From: Octopus vulgaris
Taxonomy: Eukaryota
Reading direction: 5' to 3'
DNA: 64,000 bases
Assembly: GCA_951406725.2 (NCBI GenBank)
Contig: OX597815.1
Span: forward strand, 108,686,001 to 108,750,000
The notes under the pieces are model-generated. The model was not told the DNA's origin, searched no databases, and was given only the letters and a program-made list of their open reading frames with translations. Positions within the stretch are counted from its first letter, which is position 1. Every line of letters starts with the position of its first letter. This document shows, piece after piece, positions 38,743 to 52,588 of this stretch. Made by a program: the position numbers and the translations under genes.

Positions 38743-39239
38743 CAGTGCCAAGCAGTGATTAGGTATTTCCCATCGTGGGAGGTTAAAGAGCCACTGGTCA
38801 GTGGAAATTTTGTTTTACCATACAGTAACTGTTGTGAATTTACATATGGAATTTAAGATATGTAAAAAATATAATTCAACGAAGTGATACTTAATTACTG
38901 CTTGTTGCTTATGCAGCTGTTTTTAATCACTAATGCAACTCACCAATGTTGATAGATTTTTGGTTAAAGCCATGGCTTTCAAACTCCCCAGGGTTATCTC
39001 TCTTTGGTATTTCCCATGGAGGAAGGCTAAAGAGCCAGAAACACACATCTGGAAATCAACTAGAGGGTAGACATATTTTTACACCTTTTACCATAACAGA
39101 GAATTCTTTTCTCCATGGTAACTGCTGTAAATTTGCCTTTAGAAGTTAAAATATATCACAAACATATTTTAACTAACCTACAGCTAATCTATATCTATAT
39201 ATATGTATATATAATAAACAAATTATATTTATATATACA

Positions 39240-39374
39240 TACATGGTTCTGGGTTCAGTCTCACTGAGTGGCACCTTGGGCAAGTGTCTTCTGCAATAGC
39301 TTCATACTGACCAAGGCCTTGTGAATGGATTTGGTAGATGGGAACTGAAAGAACCCCGTCCTATATATACATAT

Positions 39375-39412
<38 letters not shown>

Positions 39413-40680
39413 TTAACGTCCGTTTTCCATGCTGGCATGGGTTGGACAGTTCAACTCGGGGTCTGGGAAGCCAGGAGGCTGCACTAGGCTCAAATCTGAT
39501 CTGGCAGTGTTTCTACAGCTGGATGCCCTTCCTAACGCCAACCACTCCGAGAGTGTAGTGGGTGTTTTTTACAGGCTACCAGCACAGAGGCCAGAGGGGG
39601 GTGGCATCGACCACATTTGGATGGTGCTTTTACATGCCACCAGTACAGGAGCCAGAGAGGGCTGGCATCGACCATGTTTAGATGGTGCTTTTATATACTC
39701 TCTTTTACTATTTTACTCATTTCAGTCATTTAACTGCGGCCATGCTGGAGCACCGCTTTAATCGAGCAACTCGACCCCGGGATTTATTCCTTTGTAAGCC
39801 CAGTACTTATTCTATCGGTCTCTTTTGCCGAACCGCTAAGTAACGGGGACATAAACACACCAGCATCGGTTGTCAAGCAATGCCAGGAGAACAAACACAG
39901 ACACACAAACACACACCCACACACGCATATATATATATATACATATATACGCCAGGCTTCTTTCAGTTTCCGTCTACCAGATCCATTCACAAGGCATTGG
40001 TCGGCCTGGGGCTATAGCAGAAGACACTTGCCCAAGATGCCACACAGTGGGACTGAACCCGGAACCATGTGGTTGGTAAGCAAGCTACTTACCACACAGC
40101 CACTCCTATGCCTTATGTATGTATGTATTTGTGTGTCTGTATTTATCCCCCCACCTTCGCTTGACAACCGATGTTGGTGTATTTATGTCTCTGTAACTTA
40201 GTGTTTCTGAAAAACAGACCAATAGAATAAGTACTAGGCTTACAAAGAATAAGTCCCAGGGACGATTTGTTCAACTAAAGCCAGTGCTCCAGCATAGCTG
40301 CAGACAAATAACTGAAACAAGTAAAAGAAAAAAAGAATAAATAGATCTGAGTGTGATTGTTACCTGCATCACCTTACTGGCACCTGTGCTGGTAGCACAT
40401 GAAAAGACATTTGAGCGAGGGCATTGCCAGTGCCACTGGACTGGCTCCTGTGCAGGTGGCACATAAAATGCACCATTTGAGCGTGGCTGTTGCCAGTACC
40501 GCTTGACTGGCCCTCGTGCTAGTGGCACGTAAAAGCACCCACTACACTCTTTGAGTGGTTGGCATTAGGAAGGGCATTCAGCTGGTGCAGCCATCTGATT
40601 CACCAGACCTCAGTCAAATCGTCCAACCTATGCTAGCATGGAAAACAGACGTTAAGCAATGGTGATGATGATGATGATAA
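39240..40680. mobile_element. Nested SINE-A / RTE-3' cluster forming a quasi-palindrome
   Basis: SINE-A(+) 5' half 39240-39375; RTE-3'(-) 39376-39690; SINE-A(-) 39700-40110; SINE-A(+) 3' half 40115-40335; RTE-3'(+) 40345-40680. Confidence 0.82.
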
Positions 40681-41115
40681 ATATACATAAACTCAGGAGC
40701 AATACATGCTCAGAGGTTTGAAGTCTGTTTGATAAATGGAATGCATGAAACTGATGGCCTTTGAGACACTTGTGTAACAATCTTCCAGTTAAAGATAATA
40801 AAAGAAATACACATATTTACTCATGTATTGAATTCAGCTCATTCTGTTTCTTCCACTAAACTGTTCTATGTAATTTTCCTGAATGGTGCTTTTCAAACTG
40901 ACTTCAAACAAGGCAAGTCCTTGTTTTTCCTCTGTGTATGTGTATGTGTGTGTGTGTGTGTATGTACATACATAGATATACACACACATACACACATATA
41001 TGCATATATATACATATATATATAGATAGATAGATAGAAATATATATACATATATACATATAAAGATGAATATATGTGTGCATATATATATATGTATGTA
41101 TGTATGTATATATCA

Positions 41116-41173
<58 letters not shown>

Positions 41174-41859
41174 TTATCTATCTATCTATAGACTGATGTG
41201 GCAATTGATATGAGCAACAATGCATCATTTCATATACATATCATCAAGTTGGTGGAAATGTGCAAGTGTATGGCTGGATGGTTTCTAAGTATGTGATATG
41301 ACTATATCTTCTTTTCCCTTTTTGAAATAATGGTTCTTGAAGCACATCAGATATTGCTATAAAGAATATGTAAATATTTACATGCTAATATTCCAAAAAC
41401 GAATTTCACCTTCTCTTACAATATATATATATATATCACACAACACCCCACACAACCTCATGCTTACACACATAACCACACGTACACACACACAGACACA
41501 CACTACACAAAAAACACACACTTATTTTAAACTACCAATTAAACACCTTTCTATTGACCATTCTCCTATGCACACGTGTAGGTAGACACACAACATTCAG
41601 CCTCTCCTACCAAAATTCTTACTATGAATTCTTCCTATGACCTTAAGCTACATTAGTCCAACCACATAAACAACCACAACCACACACACATACACACACA
41701 CACATGCACAACCATGTGCTAGCATTATGCACACACACACACAGACCTGCGTGCATGCACATACCCACACATACACACACATACCTCCTCTTGCACTCTC
41801 CTGTCTTAGAAAGAACTTTTTCTTCACCCATTCCCTTCTGGTCATTTCAATATGTGACC

Positions 41860-42217
<358 letters not shown>

Positions 42218-42439
42218 GCATTTGTATACACGCACGCACACACATATACATATAAAATTCGATTAGAGGTTATGTTAGTCTCATGAAGGGATGGTGTCAT
42301 CTAAGGAAATATTGGTTCAATACCTAATATTTTGAGGGAACTGATTTCCTTAAATTAATAGGTGTATATATAAAATCATATAGTATATATTCATATAAAA
42401 GAAGAAAAAGAAAGTGGAGATTGGGCAGTTAATAATTCA

Positions 42440-42990
42440 TCAACATCATCATCATCATTATCATTATCATTATCATCGTTTAACGTCTGTTTTCCATGCT
42501 GGCATGGGTTGGACGGTTTGACTGGGGACTGGCAAGCCAGGAAGCTGCACCAGTCTCCAATCTGATCTAGCAAGGTTTCTACAGCTGGATGCTCTTCCTA
42601 ACACCAACCACTCTGAGAGTGTAGTGGGTACTTTTTACATGGCACATGCACAAGAGCCTGTCAGGATGGTGGGGGCTGGCATCGAACCCATTAGGATGGT
42701 GCTCTGTACATGCTACCAGTATGAATGACCCATGAATGAATGGTGCTTATTGTATATCACCAGCATGGGAGCCAGTCAGGTGGCATTGGCATCGGCCAGA
42801 GCTACAATTTCCATTTGATTTTGATTTGATTGAGATTCTGACCATAATTTCGATTTCAATTTTACTTGACTCAATAGGTCTCCTCAAGCATGGCGTGTCC
42901 CCCAATTATTCAAAGGTCCCTTTTATATGCGCTGGTTATGCAACACTGGTATAGACTATGGCTGTAATCTCACTTTACTTGCCGGGTCCC
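42440..42990 (-). mobile_element. RTE-3'-end-type repeat, longer copy
   Basis: (CAT)n tail plus family body; extends into ttgactcaataggtctcctcaagcatggc, shared with 31260-31290. Confidence 0.75.
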
Positions 42991-43243
42991 CTTGTATCTG
43001 TTTCAGTTAACATTCAACGAATTAATTAAGTATTAAATTCATATGCCCTGCACATAATATCTTCAGATTCCTTATAGTTTTTTTCTCTTTGAAGATATTA
43101 TGCTCAGGGTATATGATTTTAATATTTAATTAATTCACTGAGTATTAATTGAAACAGTTGTAAGGGTCGATGATTGATTTGTTGTAAATAATAAACAATT
43201 ATTAACTTCCTAATCACCGTTTTCTTTTTCTTCTTTTATACAT

Positions 43244-43274
<31 letters not shown>

Positions 43275-43420
43275 CACACATATACAAAATATGGGGGTTT
43301 AGTTCACAGGTGATCTAAACGATTAAGTACACTAGGTAAGTTCTGTAATGGATTACTAGGGCTCCAAGATTATAGTTGAGATGATAGTTATGGAGCCATT
43401 GCAGATTTCCGATATAGCAG

Positions 43421-43899
43421 ATATATAATTGTTAAAGAGGATAACAAACGTTAAGGCAAGACAAACATCTCAAGTCATATACATTATTATTATTAGAAAA
43501 ATTCAAAGTCTTACAGTTGTTTCTGGGATACCCCAGAGTAAGGGGAATTCCATCATCAGAGACAAATAGGGAAAATGAGAAGAGTATAGATTAATGAAAT
43601 GATAACATAGAGGACAGGAGTAAAGGAATAAGGAAATGAAGAAAGAAAAGAAAAAAGAAGCATAAAAGTTCACAGTTCAACTTTCCAATCTTGTAGAAAT
43701 AAATCCATAAGTCCTTAGGTGCAAACTTGCGTAAATCCATGTGAGTTAAATCCTGATATTGTAAACATCCAGAAAAAAGATGGAATATCCCATACTCTGG
43801 GATATACCAGAAACAGCTGTCAGACTTACAATAATAATCTATATAACTTGAGATGTTTGCCTTGCCTTAATGTTAGCTGTCCTCTTTATGAATTATATA
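43421..43899. mobile_element. Inverted pair of Penelope-type pLTRs, each with a hammerhead motif
   Basis: Arms 43421-43554 and 43779-43899 are reverse-complementary; the minus-strand motif gtct-CTGATGA-stem II-GAAAC-aact-GTA-agac (43508-43563) has an intact core. Confidence 0.75.
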
Positions 43900-44588
43900 T
43901 ATATATATATGTGCTAGGGATGGATGAGTGGCTTATGAAAGCTGTACAGGACATGTACAGAGATGCTGTCAGTAAGCTTATACATGCTAACCATGGATTC
44001 AGTGAAGAATTTAATGTATGGGCTGGGGCTCATCAAGACTTGGTCCTCAGTCCCCTCCTTTTTATCATTGTCCTCCAAGCCATAACAGTGGAATTCAAGA
44101 CCAACAACCCCTGGGAACTACTATATGCTAATTTTGCCCTCTTAGCAGATTCCATATCAGAGCTAGAAGAGAAATTCCAGGTGTGGAAGCAAAACCTGGA
44201 ATCTAAGAGCCTTATGGTTAACTTAGCAAAGACAAAGGTCTTAGTATACACAAAACAACAGGACTCTACCCCTTTCAGGATGTATAGGAAAGGTGTAGGC
44301 AGGATCTCCATACTGTGTACCCAGTGTAAGCTATGGACACAAGAGGTGCAGTGGGTTAATAGGAAAGTTATCAGAGAAGGTAGTGTTTGTATGTGGAAAA
44401 TGCACAGGATCCATTAAAACTTAAGAGATTTGGGAAATTGATTCTCTCAAATGCCCTGGTGGCTCATTGTAAATAATTCTTGCTACCTAGGGGACCAAAT
44501 TAGTCATGAGGAAGGATGCATGGAGAGTATGGTAGCTGGAATAATAGGATGGAGGAAATTCAGAGAACTGTTACATCTGTTGGTTATG

Positions 44589-44721
<133 letters not shown>

Positions 44722-44948
44722 GAGACTAATTTGGTCTGCTAGGTAGCAGAAATTATCTACTACTTCTAATGAGTCACTAGGGCATTTGAGAGAATCATGT
44801 AAGATGCATGTATATGGACATCAATTCTATAAAACATGGGAATGAGATGTGGGCTTTGAATGCAGAGGACATGCAAAGTTAGAGATAAATGAGGCTAGTA
44901 TACTCTGCTAGATGTGTTATGTAAGTGTACCCGTTCAACAGACTACTA

Positions 44949-46201
44949 CGAGGGACGTTCAATAAGTAATGCCCCTGACCCACTTGCAATTGTTTGATCT
45001 AGCTGAAATTTTGCATGTGCACTTATTTATACCTCTATAGATTAAGTGGCGAATTACAGCTCTGAACTAATTGTGGTTTCTGATTTACAGGTGTTTGAAC
45101 TGAGTCAAGTGTGAAATGGAACCTGTTGAGTGTCGAGCAGTGATCTGGTTTTTGTATTTGAAAGGACGCACACATTTGATGAAATGAAAGTAACTTATGG
45201 TGATGATGCCCCATCATATGACCTTGTAAAACGCTGGCATTGTGAATTCAAACATAGTCGGAACTCTGTGGAAACAGCTCCCAGATCTGGTCACCCCCTC
45301 CTGCCGTTGATGAGACGTCTGTCCGTCATGTTGAGGCTGCCATTTTGGAAGGTCAATGCATAACTATTCGCCAAATAGCCCATAAGGTCAAGATTAGTAC
45401 CGGGTCTGTGGAAACTATCATTCATGACCATTTTCATATGCAAAAGGTGTCTGCCAGATGGATTTCCAGGTTGCTCACACCTTTCCAGAAGGAAGAACGC
45501 GTTGAGTGCTCGAGGATGAATTTGGAGATGTGCCAAGAAGATGAGTCAAAATTTTTCAAAAGACTGATCACACAGGATAAAACCTGGGTCCATCACTATG
45601 ATCCATAGACCAAAGCCCAGTCAATGCAGTGAAAGCACCGTGACTCACCTCCTCCAAAGAAGGCAAGGGTGCAGCCCTCCGCTGACAAGGTTATGCTCAC
45701 AGTCTTCTGGGACCAGGACGGAGTAGTGATGACAGATTTCCTGGCAAAGGGTACCACAATTACAGGAGCCTATTATGCTTCACTTTTGAGGAAATTAAGA
45801 GAAGCTATCAAAATCAAGAGGCGGGGCAAGATCAGCAAAGGCATCCTCCTCCTGCAGGACAATGCTCCGGTCCACAACTCGCGTATCGCCAGATCAGAAG
45901 CACAGGCTATGAACTCCTCTCCTCGCACCCTCTGATTTTCACCTCTTCCCAGCCATGAAGTTGATTTTGAAAGGAAAGCGTTTCCCAGATGATGCAGCCT
46001 TGATTTCTGAAGTCACGTCGTGGTTGGAGGACCAAGCTGGGGTCTTCTACAAAAACGGTCTCCAGAGCTGTATCAAACGATGGGAGAAATGCATAACTCT
46101 GGGTAGTTCCTATGTAGGAAAAGACTAATAACTGTGCCAAGTGTCGTTGCTCTACTTCTATGGGAAGTGGGTCAGGGGCATTACTTATTGAACGCCTCTC
46201 G
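44949..46201 (+). mobile_element. Near-full-length mariner transposon with pseudogenised transposase
   Basis: 37-bp TIRs (cgagggacgttcaataagtaatgcccctgacccactt; 2 mismatches) and TA TSD; ORF remnants 45117-46128: MEPVECRAVI..SARWISRLLT..TQDKTWVHHYDP..KVMLTVFWD..LLQDNAPVH..APSDFHLFP; stops, frameshifts, and loss of the PHPPYSPD segment. Confidence 0.95.
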
Positions 46202-47989
46202 TAGTTGTCTGAGATAGAAGTTAGACATAAGAGAAATTGGTTGCTGTGTGCAAGACAGAAGATTGTGCTGGTATGGTCATAGCTGCTAACAGCTCCATAA
46301 AGAAGTGCTGATCTCTCAAAGTGGATGGAACATATGGAAGTGGGAAACCCAGGAAGACATCAAAAAACCTCAGGATGCTCAACCTTTCAGGTAAGATGAC
46401 AAAAGACCGAAATGCCTGGCATAAACAGAGAAGCAGGTATAAAACATGTACAGAATGGCTTGTCCAAAATATAAATGTTTTGTCAGGAACTGTATCTAAG
46501 GAAGTTAAATAGCTTAAGAAGAAGGGAGATGGAGGGAGGGAGATAGATAGAGAGAGAAAGAAAAAGATAGACAGCTGCAATGAATATGGGTTCGTTTGAA
46601 GCTATTGTCCCATAACTATAATTTGAGCATATATGCTTCATGTATATGAATAGTTGTCAGTTCATTCATTTTCTGGTTAAAGTAAATCCATTTCCTTGTC
46701 TATGCAAGCAGAAAAAAATTGTTATATCTGAGTGGACATGTTGACAATCACTTGGTTGAATAGTTTTAGTTCCTATGCTTTCATTGTGGCTGTAACGTAT
46801 CATGAATAAAATGAGATAATAAGTTCCTTCTACTAAGGGTCATTCACCCGGTTAGGAATAGCTTTTTTTTCAATTTCCTCTCTTTCAGTCATTAAACTGC
46901 AGTCATGCTGGAACACCACCTTCAGGAACTTTTAGTTGAATGAATCGACATCAATACTTATTGTTTCAAAGCTTGGTATTTATTTTATTAAGCTCTTTTC
47001 TCCAAACTGCTAAGTTTCAGGGACATAAACAAACCAACATCAGTTGTCAAGTGGCGATGGTGGTGGGGGATAAACGCAGACACAAAGACACACATACACA
47101 CACATATATATCTTATACATAAATGGCAATTTCTGTCTATCTATTTGGCTGCCTACACCAGTGAACCAATCTTGACAAAACTTGGCATACATGTTAAACT
47201 AACATCCAGTTCATTTATAGGCTAACTGGATTTCAATAATAATCTATGATGGGCCCCTTAGGTAGGGGGGATATTTTTTGATAAAATGAGAAGGGTGCAA
47301 GAGTGTAAGTGGTGGCATAGTGAGTGTGGTTGATATCAGGGAAGAGGAGAACAGAGTTGTGTAAGCGACAAATATGGAGTAGCATTGGGATGACAACGTT
47401 AATACAGCAGCCATTCAGGGATACAACTATGCACACTTTCAATGTCTTTCTCTTGCTCTCTTTTTCTCTCTCTTTCTCTGTATGTCTGTCTCTCTTTCTC
47501 ACTCTCTCTCTCTCTAACGCACACATACACACAGTCACAAATCTATTGACAGGTATTTGACAACATTTAAACCAAAATTATCGGAAAATAACCGAAGTAT
47601 TCCTTTTTTCCATTTATGGGTAGATGATAAAGAAATTATCTGCTAAATACTTAGTCAATTCACTTTTCTTTTTGCAAAGACGACATTTCAAGTCAATATT
47701 GAAATGGTGTACCGTGTTAATTTCTTTTGTATTATTTCCAAAATTATTATCACTCATTCATCTATCTCAAAGTTAGAAAGACAGGTTTCCAAAGGGGAAA
47801 TCGCTATCACTTAGTACCTTATCTCCTTTAGTGTTGTAACCAGACATTCCAATTCTGCAAATAAAAAGTTTTTAAAAATTGCAATTGCTTATCTCTTTTT
47901 CATTCTACTTACTTTTAAAGTCATGTACAGTAACTAATTTAATGTTCTTGATTTTTTCCTTGGAGTATTTACTTCAAACATAGGAGATC

Positions 47990-48205
47990 ATGATTCCACA
48001 CAAAAATTAGGGCTAGCATTGGGGGTTGGGGTTAAGATTTAATAATAGGAGTAGCATTGTAGTTTAGATTTTAGGGATAAAATAAGGATTAGAATATCTT
48101 GAGTTAAGTTTTAAGCTAAGAGCTGAGGGTTAGCATTTAACATTAGGGTTTCGTAGTATTGCTTAGGATTACAATTCTGGGTTGGGATAAGGATTAGTTT
48201 AAGCA
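47990..48205 (+). repeat. Degenerate (TTAGGG)-like tract
   Basis: Repeated ttaggg/ggttag/ttagga/ttaag hexamer variants. Confidence 0.5.
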
Positions 48206-48479
48206 GAAATTAAAATGAGATTCAAAAGATTTGAATTTATGTACAAATTTTTACAGATGTGAACTTGCTTATGTTTGGAATTTGAATATCAAACTAAAAA
48301 TATATCCTTAAAAGAAGGAAAATAAAAAGGTCTACAAAGTATTCTTAGTCTGAAATTTCTTTGAGTGTTTTTTGCGAAATGATTTACTACAAGTTAAATA
48401 AAGAGCTTTGTGATGTTACTGTTAATTCTCTGAGTCACTACCTCAGGCAATGCTGGGTAATTCAGCTAGTATATGTATT

Positions 48480-48619
<140 letters not shown>

Positions 48620-49075
48620 TGTTTTGAGAAAGAATATGATTAATTAGAAATTCTCTCACAGAGTTAAGGTTAGCACTCAGAAGTGCTCAAGAGGAAGTTG
48701 AGACAAAAAATAAGAATATATGACATGAAGAACCATTAGACCAGATAATTTAATCCATAAACATGACCCCGATTTCAGATGAATTTAAGGTACAAGTATA
48801 TACATGATACATTAAAAATATATAAATACTTAGACATTAAGAAAAATTCTATAACTAAATAAATATATTAAAAATATGTATGGAAGATAACAGGCTTTAA
48901 AAAAAATTTTAGATGTAGACATGAATATATATAAAACATACATGTATATGTAAATATATTGAGGAAGCTCTGAGTTAGTGATGAAAGCGAAATAAACAAT
49001 ACAAGGAGGAAAGAAATTAAAAGTCAGGATAGTTAAAAATTGTTAAAATAGGATACCAACGGCCGTTTCTAGAGG

Positions 49076-49124
<49 letters not shown>

Positions 49125-49127
<3 letters not shown>

Positions 49128-50105
49128 GCACTATTTGAGCATGGTCGTAGCCAGTACCACCTGACTGGCCCTCATGCCAGTGGCACATAAAAGCACCCAC
49201 TACACTCTCGGAGTGGTTGGTGTTAGGAAGGGCATCCAGCTGTAGAAACTCAGCCAGGTCAGATTGGAGTCTGGTGCAGCCATCTGGTTCGCCAGACCTC
49301 AGTCAAATCGTCCAACCCATGCTAGCATGGAAAGCGGACGTTAAATGATGATGATTATGATGGTGGTGGTGGTGAGTGGTACTGGTGGGCAGCCGGTGTT
49401 TCGCTTCAAACTGATATGAATTGTTCTTCTGAGATAAATTTAAGTATATAGAGTAGACAAATGTAAATATAGGTGTAGGAGTGGCTGTATGGTAAGTAGC
49501 TTGCTTTCGAACCACATGGTTCTGGGTTCAATCCCCAACATCCAATGCTGGGGTGTTTGCATCCCCGTAACTTAGCTGTTCGGCAAAAGAGACCAATAGA
49601 ATAAATACTAGGCTTACAAAGAATAAGTCCTGGGGTCATTTTACTCAACTAAAGGCGGTGCTCCAGCATAGCCACAGTCAAATGACTGAAACAAGTAAAA
49701 GAAAAAAACACCTGTTTATTCTCCATGCTGCTTGTGCAGAATAATATTTATTATTTAATCACATTTCTAATTAATGCATAATATAAAAGTATTGCGCCTC
49801 ACAGTGGCAATGACTGAGAGCTTAGGCATTATGTCATGCTTGAGAAGAAGACCCATCAAGCTGAGCAAAATTTCAGTTGTGGCAGATACCGGTATCATGC
49901 AAATGACACCCATGCCGGTGGCGTGTAAATGCACTCATTACACTCTTGGAGTGGTTGGCATTAGGAAGGGCATCCAGGCATAGAAAATCAGGCCAAATCA
50001 GACTAGAGTCTGGTGCATCCTTCAAGCTTACCAGCCTTGGTCAAACTGTCCAACCCATGCCAGCATGGACAACGAACATTAAAGGACAATGATGATGATG
50101 ATGAT
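49125..50105 (+). mobile_element. Two RTE-3'-end repeats flanking an internally deleted SINE-A
   Basis: RTE-3' at 49125-49375 and 49795-50105; SINE-A at 49470-49705 with its head joined directly to the 3' half. Confidence 0.78.
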
Positions 50106-51295
50106 AAAAATTAGTCTAGCCCATTTCAGAACCAGTGTGTGACTCTGAGAGAAGCACTAGGGCTCTTCCTTAATTCTATAGCTTGCAAAGAGAAGGTAAA
50201 TAATGCAAAAAGGTAACCCAGTGGTAGTAGTCTACTCTAATAAAGATCTAGTAATGATCTTTGAGGACCTGCAAATGTCATAGGCACTGCCCCTTTTTCA
50301 AAACCCAACAAAAGAAAAATCTGAGTGTAATGTTATTATATTGCCAAGACAAACACTGTAAATAGAATACTAATGTTGATAAAATGTCAGTAGTTTATTT
50401 ACTACAGCTATAAACTGAAAATGTAACACTACCAAAACATTTCTACAAATTTTATTTGATATTCTTATACTTCACAAAATTAATTTAGTTTGATAAAAAG
50501 ACTATGATTAATAATGTTTTTATTTAGACATGTTAGATATATCAAGATATATATTTTAAGTAAACATGTAAACATAAGTGTTGGTGATATTTATTGCAAA
50601 GAGATGGAAATATTGATAGTCATACATACATACATACATACATACATACATACATACATACATAAACACATGCATACATAAATACATAATATGCACACAT
50701 ATGTAACATTTTTGTATGAGAATAAGAAAAATATTTCACATTCGTAAAATTCAAACTAAAAATGTTTATAATACCCTATTATTAATTAAACTGCTGGTAA
50801 TAAATTACATTTCTATTGAAATTCTCTTTTGTTTTCAGATCATGTCTAATTGATTACAGAGATTTATTAACTATTCATATTATACTATATCACTTATACT
50901 TAAAAGAAAAAAAAAACTTTCAAATAACAATCATTAAAGATTAATATGAAATATAGAAATGCAAAATATGTTTGATCTGATATATCAAAAAACTATACCA
51001 TAGTAGTATGAAGCACTGTAAAACACACTACTGGATTGGTTAACAAAGAAATTTTTCACTCTATATGAATCAGGGGAAATTAAACCAAAACAATTGAGCA
51101 AAAATATGTTTTTCCAGTGTGTGAGTTATAAGAGTTGTATGTGTGTGTGTATGTGTATGTGTTCGCTAGAAACTGTCTAAAAATAGCAATGCGTTCAGTT
51201 TTCCTTCTATCAAATCAGCAATCTAAAGCTTTCAATAATTCAGTATCCAATAAAATAGCTGCCTTTACCTTACAAGAATACATTAGAAAAGTTAA

Positions 51296-51516
51296 CCCGT
51301 TAGTGTTCAGATTACTCTCTCAAATGTGATGTTTGTTTATTTATATTGTTTTGAATTAATCATGTATTATCTTGTAGTTTAGAGATTGCAGTGATGTGGG
51401 TTTTTTAGTTTTAGAATGACATGGTAGGGCTGAGGTAAGAGGCAAGCTCTGGTCAGTTTCAATATAAAACAGGCTAAATATTCTGGCTGGATATGGCCGG
51501 TTTGAACGCTAAAGGG
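51296..51516. mobile_element. piggyBac-type MITE
   Basis: TTAA|CCCGTTAGTGTTCAGA...TTTGAACGCTAAAGGG|TTAA: TTAA TSD, CCC/GGG termini, 13/16 TIR match. Confidence 0.85.
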
Positions 51517-52184
51517 TTAAACAAGGACATGGAACTGAATAGAAAAGTGTCAAGACCTTTATTGTTTATATTTTTAAACTCTGAATAAATTTCTCTCCTT
51601 GTCACAAAATAATTTGGGATTTCTGAACTTTTATGCCTGTTGCTAATGACAGGCTCTTTTTCAGAAACCAATGTTAGTACTATGTTGAAGAAAACAGCAA
51701 ATAATTTTGGAGTTCTGATAATCTTAGCTTAACCTTTTTACTACTAGATTTTCTGAGACTGCTCATAGATTCATGATATAATGGTTATGTTTGAAAGTGA
51801 TCTAATATAAAATCTTCCATTAAAATTCAAGTCCCAAACACCACCTTAATAATAACAGTTATTTTAGTAGATTCTTCATTATTTTCTGAATTCATTGAAG
51901 CAATGATAGTATATTTCAACAGAAATATGGTAAGAGGATAAATGCCACAAGATTCTGGAATTAATTTGGTAGTTTGATTCCAAATTGATATCGTGCTATT
52001 AACTCATTGTTGAAAGTCACCCCAGAAATTCCAACCACATTCTGACTTACTGAACCAAATTTATATCTCACACCAATAGAAGACTTAAAAAATTTAGTGT
52101 TTATAGTTCAGTGTACATCAGAATTTAGAACAGAAAAATCATGTCAACTCTAATATTCCTTTGCTATTCAGAGTGATGTACTTA

Positions 52185-52391
52185 TTCTACTTGTTTAAGT
52201 CATTTGACTGTGGCCATGCTGGAGCACCACCCATAGTCAAGCAAATCGACCCCAGGATTTATTCTTTATAAGCCTAGTACTTATTCTATCAGTCTCTTTT
52301 GCCAAACTGCTAAGTTAAGGGGATGCAAACACACCAGCATCGGTTGTCAAGCGATGTTGGGGGAACAAACACTCACAAACATATACACACA

Positions 52392-52431
<40 letters not shown>

Positions 52432-52588
52432 TACGACGGGCTTCTTTCAGTTTCCATCTACCAAATCCACTCACAAGGCTTTGGTTGGTCCGAGGCTATA
52501 GTTGAAGACACTTGCCCAAGGTGCCATGCAGTGGGACTGAGCCCGGAACCATATGGTTCATAAGCAAGCTACTTACCACACAGCCATC
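52185..52588 (-). mobile_element. SINE family A, full length
   Basis: Family match. Confidence 0.88.

Noticed and set aside
45345-45935. SETMAR-like host gene
   Set aside because: No SET domain; bounded by TIRs and TA TSD and disrupted by stops, so it is a transposon copy.
51214-51270. Minus-strand mini-exon VKAAILLDTELLKALDC*
   Set aside because: Atypical AAG acceptor, very short, and no linked exons; cannot be supported without RNA data.
51728-51941. Second piggyBac-like MITE
   Set aside because: Termini too decayed (right TTAA/GGG not intact) to support the call.
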